The notes under the pieces were generated by a model. It saw only the letters and a list, made by a program, of their open reading frames with translations. It was not told the DNA's origin and did not search any database. The position numbers were made by a program, and so were the translations under genes. DNA of 64,000 bases from Eledone cirrhosa (lineage: Eukaryota): contig OZ024746.1 of the NCBI GenBank assembly GCA_964016885.1, positions 98,704,001-98,768,000 on the forward strand. Reading direction: 5' to 3'. Shown one piece after another: positions 27,076-40,000 of the stretch (position 1 is its first letter; the number at the start of each line of letters is the position of its first letter).

Positions 27076-28006
27076 ATATATATATACGCACACACACACA
27101 TATCTATTACAATGTTCTAAATAAAACCTACGTTGCTCTCAAATTTACAGTTAATGTTTGCTAAATCCTCCTCCTCCCCCTCCAGTATAGGCTGTTCATT
27201 ATTTATTGGTAGAGTGGACACAGGGAGAGAGTTACATGAAAATAGATTCCTGGTTGAAGTGTATCAATACATCATGCACATTTCTATGGCATACAATATA
27301 ATCCAATCTGATACAACTGTATTGAGGGGTGCTTTGTCTTGATAGTGTAGGATCCAACACTTCAGATCATCATTATTATCAAGGGTGGTGGATTGGCAGC
27401 ATCAGTAGAGGGTCGGACACCATGCTTTCCAGCATAGTTACGTCCCTTTACATTCTGAGTTAAAATCCCGCCGAGGTTGACTTTGCCTTTCATCCTTACG
27501 GGGTCGATAAAATAAAGTACCAGTAATGCACTGGGTAATTACTGGCCTTGTGCCCAAAGTAGAAACAATTATTATATGTCTTTATGGTGGATTGGTAGTA
27601 TCGGTGGAGGGTCGGGACGCCATGCTTTCTAGCATAGTTATGCCCCTTTATGGTCTGAGTTCAAATCCCGTTGAGGTTAACTTTGCCTTTCATCCTTACG
27701 GGGTCGATAAAATAAAGTACCAGTTACGCACTGGGGTCAATTTAACCGACTTTCCCCCTCCCACCAAAATTGTTGGTCTTGTGCCTAAAATAAGAAACCA
27801 TTATATGTTGGCCAAGAGAGAAGAAACTGTGAATGTTTGAGTGGTGAGGGGGGGGGGGGACTGAATGTTTGAGTGGTGAGGGGGAGGGAGAGTATGTTGT
27901 CCAAGGGAGAAGGTAAAACAATATTTGAATAAAGAACAGTAGAGCAAACATGAGCAAAAAACATAGGACTGCAGATTCAATCATTATCTTTACTAGATGA
28001 GGGCCA

Positions 28007-28039
<33 letters not shown>

Positions 28040-31000
28040 GTATGTACAGTAGAACCATTGTACCAGTAATTTGCTGTACAAGCCTCGGCTCGTGCAAACT
28101 TTTGTCCTGTAGTACCAGTGGAAATCCACAGTACAAACCAGTTTCATACAATCAATAAAACCAGTTTACTTATTTCTTTTACATTCTCTTTTGTTATTAT
28201 CATCATTTTATGTCCACTTTTCCCTACTTACAAGGGTGGGATGGGAACTGATTCTGGCTTGATTTCTACAGCTGGATGCCCTTCCTAACACCAACCTCAT
28301 TTACAGTGTGGGCTGGGTGATTTTCTTTCAGTGGCACCTACACGACCACTTTACAGTGGAATGATAGGGACCCCAGTCTCTATCATCTCATTTCTACAGC
28401 TGAGTAAACTGGAGCAATAAAGTGTCTTGCTCAAGGAAACAACACATCATCCGGTCTGAGAATTGAACTCACAACCTTTCGATTGCAAGCCCAATGCTCT
28501 AACCACTAAGCTATGTGCCTCCATTATGTTTTTATAATTGTAATTTTCCTTGTAACTGCACCTTTTCTGTTTTAAAACCCATAAAAAATGATTTTGGGGT
28601 GGTTTTTGGAGGCTGCAACATATTATCTATATTTTAATTAATTTCAATTGGGGAAAATTAATTTGTAAAACGAGCTCGGTCATCAAATGAATTAAACTCG
28701 TACTGCGAGGAATCCCTGTATATCTCATTTGCTTAGAGCTCTCCCTCTCACTGTATAGATGAGGGCAACATCATAACTTTCTGTCACCTCGAAAACACAC
28801 GGTGTTCCCGTTTCTCTATGTACTTATCTCTTGCTTGACACTTCTTCACTCTCTATATAAAGTGAGCATCATGGATAGACAAATGGACAGACTGTTCTTA
28901 TTATAATATAGATTAGGAATTATGTTTCCTTTTTTTTTTTTTTTTTTGAAGGAGGTTGTTTAAGTTTCTTAATAACTACAGATCAATCCATTTCGGGATT
29001 ATGTCACCTCATCAGCAAGGTCTGATGTATAATAATAATGAAATTATTGTGTACAGTGCTCAGGTGCACTACAACTCATCAAAGGTGCATGTATAGTACA
29101 TAGAATAATGTACAAATGTCAGGAAAATAAACAATGTATGAGTCATGATATAATAACAATAACGAAATATTGTGCACAGTGCCCAGGTGCACCACAACTC
29201 ATCAAAAAAGTGCATGTACAGTACATAGGGCAATGCACAAACATCAGTAAAATGAACAGTGCACGAGTCATGATACACACGTGTGCATGTGTATGGAAGG
29301 GGTACATCAGGTGTAGTTTTGGCGTATTTTGGGAAGCATGAGTGTCTTAAAGGATGCAGTGTCTCGGCAGCTAACAATTGACGCAGGCAGTTTGTTCCAT
29401 GCTTCAGCAACTCTGAGCGTGAAAAAATGTCTGCGAAAGTCATGGGAGCTGTGCTGTTTTCTTATCTTGTAGGCATGTCCACGTGTGTTAGACACATGGA
29501 GATCAAAGAGGCGCTCAGGGTTGCAGTTGGTGAGATGGTTAAAAACTTTGTGGGTATTCACCAAGTCCATTGCCAGACGTCGGAGCTTCAATGAATCCAT
29601 GCCCAGGGAAGCAAGGCGTTCAGAGTATGGTAGGTGTCTGATGGAGGGTATGCGCTTGGTTGCACGTCTCTGAACAGTTTCCAGGAGGTCAATGTTCCGA
29701 GCAAGATAGGGGTTCCAGACTGATGATGCGAATTCCAAGTGTGGTCGCACCATAGCTGTATACAGTTTTAAATAGATGGCTGGAGAGCGGCTAACAAAGG
29801 TCTTGCTGAGTGATGCCAAGACACCCTCGGCCTTCTTGACAATCTTAGAGACATGCTTTGTCCAACGCAAATCGTTGCTGACAGTAATGCCCAGGTCACG
29901 TTCACAAGAGGACTTTTTGATGTCAGTGTTGTGGAGGGAGTATGTGGACGCTGGATTTTTCCTTCCAAAATGCATGGTGGTACACTTGTCCACAGCCAGC
30001 TTCAGTTGCCAGTCTGTGATCCATTGCTGCATTGTGTCCAGGTCTGATTGTAGGAAAGAGTTGTAAATTTCAGGATCAGTCCTTTTGATTTCAAGGTACA
30101 GCTTGATGTCATCTGCATATTTTAGTACCGTGGCATTCTGTAAGTTGGCATCTATGTCATTAATATATGCCACAAACAAAAGAGGACCAAGAACAGATCC
30201 CTGTGGTACACCAGATGACATCTCATATGGTGAAGAATGCTGTCCTAGAACCGTGACTACTTCCTTTCGGCTGAGAATGAAGGATTTCAGCCAGTCGAAA
30301 AGATCATCCCTCACACCCATTGCAGAGAGTTTTGCCATAAGTCTTTTGTGTGGCACAGAATTAAAAGCCTTAGCAAAGTCAAGGTAAACAACATCCACCC
30401 ATGAGCCGCTGTCAGTGATCCGGGTGATGTCCTCAAGAAACTCGATAAGCTGATCACAGCAGCTGGAGTTAGGGATAAATCCAAACTGTGAGGGCCGGAT
30501 GAGGCTGTGAGAGCTCCAGAAGTTCCAAAGTGTTTCTCTGACACAGGATTCCATCAGTTTGGCCATAAAGCTAGTAAGACTGACTGGACGATAGTTGACA
30601 GGTGACATGCGGTTGCCCTTTTTGAACAGGAGAATGACACTGGCAGTTTTCCACTGCTCCGGAGTAGCACCATTGCTGAGACAGTATTGAAAGAAAAAAG
30701 AAAGCTGGCGCAAAAGGAAATCCCCGCCACGTTTGAGAAGCAGGTATGTCACACCATCAAGACCAGGGGAGGCATAGTTGCGCTTATTCTTAAGGTGACG
30801 TCGCAACATTGCAGGTGTAAATTCCATAGTTGTTATGGAATTTGATGTTAGAGATGGTGGCGATGGTACATTCTGGTCTTCAACAGTAAAAATACTTGCA
30901 TAGCACTCAGCAATGAGTTCTGCGCATTCCTTGGGATCGTCAGTGATCTGGCTTGTGTGGGGATTGCGAAGAGGACCAACTGGAGAGTGAGGTCTCTGCT

Positions 31001-34000
31001 TTGAATGAACATATTTCCAGAACACCTTACTGTCAGGATTGGTTGCGATGCACTGTTCAAATTCAAGCACTGCCTTCTTTGTCACTTGCTTGAGATGGTT
31101 AGAAGATTTATTCCGCTTTTTTCTGTTGGCAGTTTATATTCCCGTTCAGCGTTCCGACGTTCTTTCCTGGCAAGTCGGACCGCTGAAGTTTCCCAGATTG
31201 CACTTTTGGGGTGGTTATTTTTCCGCTTCCGTGGCACTGATGCTGCACACGCTATCCATATTGAGTCCAGGATGCTCTGGAGTATAGAGTTCACATCTCC
31301 AGAGTTATACATCTCATGCCAGTTTGGGCGCTGTAGCTCAGTGCAGTACAAGTTCCAATCCGCCCTCTTCCAATCAAAGCAAGCAGATTGGAGATGGCCC
31401 TGGTTTTTGTTGCTGCCCTCAAGTGCCAGATTGGCAATGATCATAGCATGATCAGAGTCGCCTAGAGGTTCCTCAGTAGTACAACTGATAACCACTTCAG
31501 GAGTAGTGGTGAAGATCAGGTCCAAAGTGTTGTCACCTCTTGTTGGAGAGGTGACTACTTGTGACCAGTTTGAGTCCAGCACTAGTTCAAGGAAATCGTT
31601 TGCACCCTGTGGCCAACGAAAAGTTTCCCAATCGATCTCAGGATGATTGAAGTCACCTGCAATAAACACATAAGTGGCTGTTTTCTTGGCAGCAACTCTG
31701 AGGATATCGCAAAGCTGTGTGTCCTGATGGTATTTTGGGGGTCGATAAACAACACCAAGCAGAAGTGTTGACATGGTCATACGTATGTCACAGAAAAAAA
31801 TTCTTCCTGTGATTCGTTCAAATCAACGCAAGGAATTACCGAAAAGTTTGAACGAACGTAGACCATCACACCACCACCACGGCGGTTAATGCGGTCCTTG
31901 CGGAAAAGGTTGTACCCAGTAATGGTGAAAACCCCATCACAGAGTAAGGAATGTGCCCATGTTTCCGTGACTGTGATGAAGTCAGGGTCGATGCTTCTGA
32001 CGTAGGATTCGAACAGATGTATCTTGTTGCATAAACTGCGAGCATTTAATGACAACAATTTGTACCCTGCTCGCAGTTTATGATGGTGTGTAGAGGGTGG
32101 CAGGTTGTTCTGGTTTAGTTTCCCAGAGTTGTAGCAGTTTTTACATTGCCAGTTATTGCGGGTAGATCACACTCAGACCAGCTGGTATCTCTCTTCCACG
32201 TTTCACCAGCCTTGACAAACCTCCAGATCTGCCCATCATCACGCAGACTGAAACTTTCATCTTGTGCTGAGTTCCGATTCAAGGAAGCTGCAGCACGTAG
32301 TTTTGGACGTACATGGGGTGGTAGGCCTGGGCGTGTTCGGAAGGTAATCCGATTTTCACGCCCAGCTTTAGCAGAGGCCAGATGATATGAGGTTGCCTCT
32401 GCGGGGTCCGAGAAAGACAGCCTGATGAGTCTGGGTTTTGGACCAGGTCGACCAAGGCGGAGGGCACCCTTTGGGGGAACACAGCCTAGGTCTTTGGCTG
32501 AGCTGGCAGCAAATGCCTGAAGATCAGCCTTGTCCTCTGGTACCCCAATGGCAATAAAAATATGTTTTGTTTTTTTTTAATTTAAAGAAATTTTTCTGCA
32601 GTTTAGTTTCAGAAAAGTCATCTTCTGTTATTTTTTCAGTACAATAAACAGCACATAATTCCATTGGACGATGTCAAATTAGAAGACATTGACGATGACA
32701 AAAGTAAGTAGAAACTCTTTTATTCTTTATCTTACATAATCAGACAAGAATAAAAAATATCTTCATGTGTGTATTCTTTTGGCTTACAACAGATGTTCTC
32801 AAACTTTTTGGGGCCACTGCCCACTTCGCAGCCATGTAATACTTTCGATATTATGGGAGGTAAAGCCTTTACCCCATCATCGTCATCATTTTACGTCCGC
32901 TTTTCCCTGCTTGCATCTACAGCTGGATGCCCTTCCTAACACCAACCTCATTTACAGTGAGTGCTGGGTGATTTTTTTCCGTGGTGCCTACACGTCCACT
33001 TTACAGTGTGGGCTGGGTGCTTTTTTTGCCGTGGCACCTCCACGACCACTTTGCAGTGGAATGATAGGGACCCCAGTCCCTATCATCTCATTTCTACAGC
33101 TGAGTAAACTGGAGCAATGTGAAATAAAGTGTCTTGCTCAAGGAAACAACACATCACCCGGTCCGAGAATTGAACTCACAACCTTTCGATTGCAAGGCCA
33201 ATGCTCTAACCACTAAGCCATGTGCCTCCATTATGTTTTTATAATTGTAATTTTCCTTGTAACTGCACCTTTTCTGTTTTAAAACCCATAAAAAATGATT
33301 TTGGGGTGGTTTTTGGGGGCTGGAACAGATAACACTGTGTAACATATTTTTTTTTCCCCGGTTCTAAGTGTCATTTCATGGTTTGTTATATCCCATTATT
33401 ATAAAAAAAACACTATTATTTAATCAGAAGCTTGGGCTTGTGGTCAGGAGTTTGATATTTCGAAATTTTCATATTTTTCAAGAAAAAACACATTTTTTTA
33501 AAATTTATCAGTTCATATAATTAAATCAACAGAGTATATATTTATTTTATTACACAAGCTTATCAAAAGCAAACAAGTAAAAACAAATAACACTTATAAA
33601 GCAACTTATACACGTCAGAAATGACTGGATTTCCTGGATTTGCAGTTGTAGTCCAGGTCACATTCCCGCACTAGCCCCCAGATATAGTCCCCCATCATTT
33701 TTTCATTATAGTGGCGCTGGTACCTCCGCTCTATCTCTTTCACATCTTGGTGGAATCGTTCACCTTGTTCCTCTGAGTAGGCGCCCATATTGTCCTTGAA
33801 TTTTTCCAGGTGAGCGTCCAGCATATGGAGTTTAAGCGACATCCTGCATCCCATGGTGCCAAAAGCCTTTATCAGATCCTGCACCAGTTGCTGGTAGTTT
33901 TCAGCTCTGTAGTTGCCCAGGAAGCCCTTAACAACTGCCTTGAAACAATTCCATGCTTTTTTGCCGTGGCACCTCCACGACCACTTTGCAGTGGAATGAT

Positions 34001-37000
34001 AGTGACTCCAGTCCTATCATCTCATTCTACAGCTGAGTAAACTGGAACAATGTGAAATAAAGTGTCTTGCTCAAGGAAACAACACATCACCCAGTCTGAG
34101 AATTGAACTCACAACCTTTCAATTGCAAGGCCAATACTCTAACCACTAAGCCATATGCCTTCACCATGAAAATACAATAGTATATATAGAGTAATATAAA
34201 TGCTAAAGGGTTAATATACTATTAACCCTTTAGCATACACATTACTCTATATATACTATTGTATTTTCATGATAAACACATTACCTTACATAATTATCTC
34301 ACATAATATTGAATCTATGATATTTTGATATTATTTATTTTGAGAACAATACCTTAACATCAGTATGAGTGGCTGGTTACGGCCAGTTTGAACAGAAAGA
34401 GGTGAGAGAATTCCGGCCAGATATGGCCAGTTTAAATCATCTTTACCGCCCCCTTACATTCCACTGGATCTTCTCAACGCTCCCAGGGCCGGTAGCACCT
34501 ACTTTGAGAACCCGAATATCAGTATAAGCAGCCGGTCACAGCCAGTTTGAACAGAAAGAGGTGAGAGAATTCTGACTGGATATGGCTAGTTTAAATCATC
34601 TCTACTGCCCCCTTACACCCCAGAAGCTCTTCCCAACGCCGTCAGTGGGGCGGTAGCACTCACTTTGAGAACTTCTGCTTTTCCGCATCCATATTTGAAA
34701 TGTTGCATTCACAGAGATTAAGCTACTATAAATGTTGTTGGTGTTAGGAAGGGCATCCAGCCGTAGAAAACCTGCCAGATAGTCCTATATGAGCGAGACA
34801 CAGTCACCCGACCAACCTTGCCTCAAGTGGGACAACTCCCGTCTAACCCATGCTAGCGTGGAAGATGGACGTTAAACAAAGATGATGATGATGATTACAT
34901 GTGGTTATATTATCTCTAAAACCTAACATCTTTATCTTATCAGAAATGTTGTTTTTCATACGTATAACAAACAGTAAAATACATCTGTATATATAAACTG
35001 CTGGTTTCTATATTATATATTGTATATATTGTATAAACTGCTTGTTAGAGACACAGCTACTTATCATGCTTTGATATTACCAAGGCCAGGAATTTTGTTG
35101 TTTGTACTGATTATGCAAGGATTATCGAGATGGAGATTAGGATATAATCCTCTCAGTAATCCTGCTTTCTGTTTTCTCTCTTCTAAATTACCTTCAAAGT
35201 AAATAATCTTATATGATGATGGTAGTGTGTGTGTAGGGGGGGGGTATTGGTGTTGGAGGTGGTGATGGGGGTGTTGGAGGTAGTGGTGGTGGTGGTCTGT
35301 TTCTGAGGCGAGGTGTGGGAGGGGGTAATGTTTGGTTGTTTACATTGTAGAAGCTAACCAACAAAAGGTGAAGGAAATATACATAATTAACTTTTCTCCT
35401 CATCAGAATTATAAGAAATTTGAAGCTGGTCAGAGCCCCCCCCCCCCCCCCCCCCAAGAGAAATGTTGCAAGGTGGTACAAGACCCCTTTAGGACCCTGA
35501 AGAGGGGCAAAGATTTTTCTCAAAATGGATGTTGCATGGTTGCTGTAGGGCCTTCTTGGCTGTTGGGTCCCAGAACAAAGTACCGGCTGGACCCCTGCCT
35601 CCCCACCTCTCATAGGACCTGAAGCTCTTACATGAGCCAAATGACCAGTCTTGTCTTCTCTCATTATAAGTCTTCTTCAGTCTCTCTACACCACCACAAC
35701 TACCACCACTACACCACCACAACTACCACCACTACACCACCACAACTACCACCACCACAACTACCACCACTACACCACCACAACTACCACCACTACACCA
35801 CCACAACTACCACCACCACACCACCACAACTACCACCACTACAACTACCACAACTACCACCACTACACCACCACTACACCACCACAACTACCACCACCAC
35901 ACCACCACAACTACCACCACTACAACTACCACCACTACACCACCACTACACCACCACAACTACCACCACTACACCACCACAACTACCACCACAACTACCA
36001 CCACTACACCACCACAACTACCACCACTACACCACCACAACTACCACCACCACAACTACCACCACTACACCACCACAACTACCACCACTACACCACCACA
36101 ACTACCACCACTACACCACCACAACTACCACCACTACACCACCACAACTACCACCACTACACCACCACAACTACCACCACTACAACTACCACCACTACAC
36201 CACCACTACAACTACCACCACCACAACTACCACCACTACACCACCACAACTACCACCACTACAACTACCACCACTACACCACCACTACAACTACCACCAC
36301 CACAACTACCACCACTACAACCACCACCACTACAACCACACCACTACAACTACCACCACTACACCACCACCACTACAACTACCACCACTACACCACCACA
36401 ACTACCACCACAACTACCACCACCACAACTACCACCACTACACCACCACAACTACCACCACTGCACCACCACAACTACCACCACTGCACCACCACAACTA
36501 CCACCACTACAACTACCACCACCACAACTACCACCACTACACCACCACTACAACTACCACCACAACTACCACCACCACAACTACCACCACTACACCACCA
36601 CCACTACACCACCACTACTACAACTACCACCACTACAACTACCACCACCACAACTACCACCACTACACCACCACTACAACTACCACCACTACACCACCAC
36701 CACAACTACCACCACTACACCACCACCACTACACCACCACTACTACAACTACCACCACCACAACTACCACCACTACAACTACCACCACTACAACTACCAC
36801 CACTACACCACCACAACTACCACCACTACACCACCACAACTACCACCACTACAACTACCACCACTACACCACCACAACTACCACCACCACAACTACCACC
36901 ACTACACCACCACAACTACCACCACTACAACTACCACCACTGCACCACCACAACTACCACCACTACAACTACCACCACTACACCACCACAACTACCACCA

Positions 37001-40000
37001 CTACACCACCACAACTACCACCACTGCACCACCACAACTACCACCACTACAACTACCACCACCACAACTACCACCACTACACCACCACTACAACTACCAC
37101 CACTACACCACCACCACAACTACCACCACTACACCACCACCACTACACCACCACTACTACAACTACCACCACTACACCACTACAACCACCACCACTACAC
37201 CACCACCACTACAACCACCACCACTACAACCACCACCACTACAACCACCACCACTACAACCACCACCACTACAACTACCACCACTACACCACCACCACTA
37301 CAACCACCACCACTACAACCACCACCACTACAACCACCACCACTACAACTACCACCACTACAACCACCACCACTACAACCACCACCACTACACCACCACC
37401 ACTACAACTACCACCACTACACCACCACCACTACAACCACCACCACTACACCACCACCACTACACCACCACCACTACAACTACCACCACTACAACTACCA
37501 CCACTACAACTACCACCACCACCACAACTACCACCACCACCACAACTACCACCACCACAACTACCACCACCACAACTACCACCACTACACCACCACAACT
37601 ACCACCACCACAACTACCACCACTACACCACCACTACACCACCACTACAACCACCACCACTACAACCACCACCACTACAACCACCACCACTACAACCACC
37701 ACCACCACTACAACCACCACCACTACAACTACCACCACTACACCACCACCACTACAACCACCACCACTACAACCACCACCACTACAACCACCACCACTAC
37801 ACCACCACCACTACAACTACCATCACTATAACCACCACCACTGTCATTACCACCACTACAACTACCACCACCACCACTACAACTACCACCACTACACCAC
37901 CACCACTACAACCACCACCACTACAACCACCACCACTACAACTACCACCACTACACCACCACCACTACAACCACCACCACTACAACCACCACCACTACAA
38001 CCACCACCACTACAACCACCACCACTACAACTACCACCACTACAACTACCACCACTACAACCACCACCACTGTCATTACCACCACTACAACTACCACCAC
38101 TACACCACCACCACTACAACCACCACCACTACAACCACCACCACTACAACTACCACCACTACACCACCACCACTACAACCACCACCACTACAACCACCAC
38201 CACTACAACCACCACCACTACAACTACCACCACTACACCACCACCACTACAACCACCACCACTACAACCACCACCACTACAACCACCACCACTACAACTA
38301 CCACCACTACACCACCACCACTACACCACCACCACTACAACCACCACCACTACACCACCACCACTACAACCACCACCACTACACCACCACCACTACAACT
38401 ACCACCACTACAACCACCACACAAGTACCACCACTACAACTACCACCACCTACACTGCCAACACTTACACCACCACCACCTGCACTGCCGACACATCACC
38501 ACCACCACTACAACCACCACCACTACACCACCACCACTACAACCACCACCACTACAACCACCACCACTACAACTACCACCACTACACCACCACCACTACA
38601 ACCACCACCACTACAACTACCACCACTACACCACCACCACTACAACCACCACCACTACACCACCACCACTACAACTACCACCACTACACCACCACCACTA
38701 CAACTACCACCACTACAACCACCACACAAGTACCACCACTACAACTACCACCACCTACACTGCCAACACTTACATCACCACCACCTACACTGCCAACACT
38801 TACAGCACCACTACCTACACTGCCAACACTTACACCACCACCACCTGCACTGCCGACACATCACCACCACCACTACAACCACCACCACTACAACCACCAC
38901 CACTACACCACCACCACTACAACCACCACCACTACAACCACCACCACTACAACTACCACCACTACACCACCACCACTACAACCACCACCACTACAACTAC
39001 CACCACTACACCACCACCACTACAACCACCACCACTACACCACCACCACTACAACTACCACCACTACACCACCACCACTACAACTACCACCACTACAACC
39101 ACCACACAAGTACCACCACTACAACTACCACCACCTACACTGCCAACACTTACATCACCACCACCTACACTGCCAACACTTACAGCACCACTACCTACAC
39201 TGCCAACACTTACACCACCACCACCTGCACTGCCGACACATAACCACCACCTACACTGCCAACACTTACATCACCACAACTTACACTGCCGACACTTACA
39301 TAACCACCACCTACACTGCCAACACTTACATAACCACCACCTACACTGTCGACATTACTACTTCTGGATGCCTTTCCTTACACTAACCACTGTACAGTGT
39401 GGACTGGGGTGTGGGGATTGGGGAGGTAGATCTATTCTGATTGCTACCAGTCCTTCCTTCTTTTCCACCAATCTTTACTATATATCTCAGGGAGCCCACG
39501 ACGGGGTCTTCCTAGAACTGCTGGAAATAGCAACCAAATAACCTCAAATCCCATAACTATAATATACAGAAATGGGATCCTCCGAAGGGTCTTTGGAGTA
39601 ACGTTACTTGATAGAGCCGATACTTCTCCGAATTAAGAGATCACAGCTCTAATACTATGGGTGTGTGGTTAGAATGTCTCAGGAAAGAATTGCTGGAGAG
39701 TCACTCATGATAGAGCCGATACTTCTCCGAATTAAGAGATCACAGCTCTAATACTATGGGTGTGTGGTTAGAATGTCTCAGGAAAGAATTGCTGGAGAGT
39801 CACTCATGATAGAGCCGATACTTCTCCGAATTAAGAGATCACAGCTCTAATACTATGGGTGTGTGGTTGGAATGTCTCAGGAAAGAATTGCTGGAGAGTC
39901 ACTCATGATAGAGCCGATACTTCTCCGAATTAAGAGATCACAGCTCTAATACTTTGGGTGTGTGGTTAGAATGTCTTAGGAAATATTTTAACGGCAAAAT

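Noticed and set aside
32422-32450. CTGATGAG hammerhead-like box on the + strand
   Set aside because: No downstream GAAA core; it is the antisense of CR1 ORF1 codons.
35632-39243. 1203-aa and 726-aa ORFs resembling mucin/extensin or His-rich proteins
   Set aside because: They are translations of a C/A/T triplet satellite that rarely forms stop codons; the reading register drifts between poly-T, poly-P and poly-H; they lie inside an intron.
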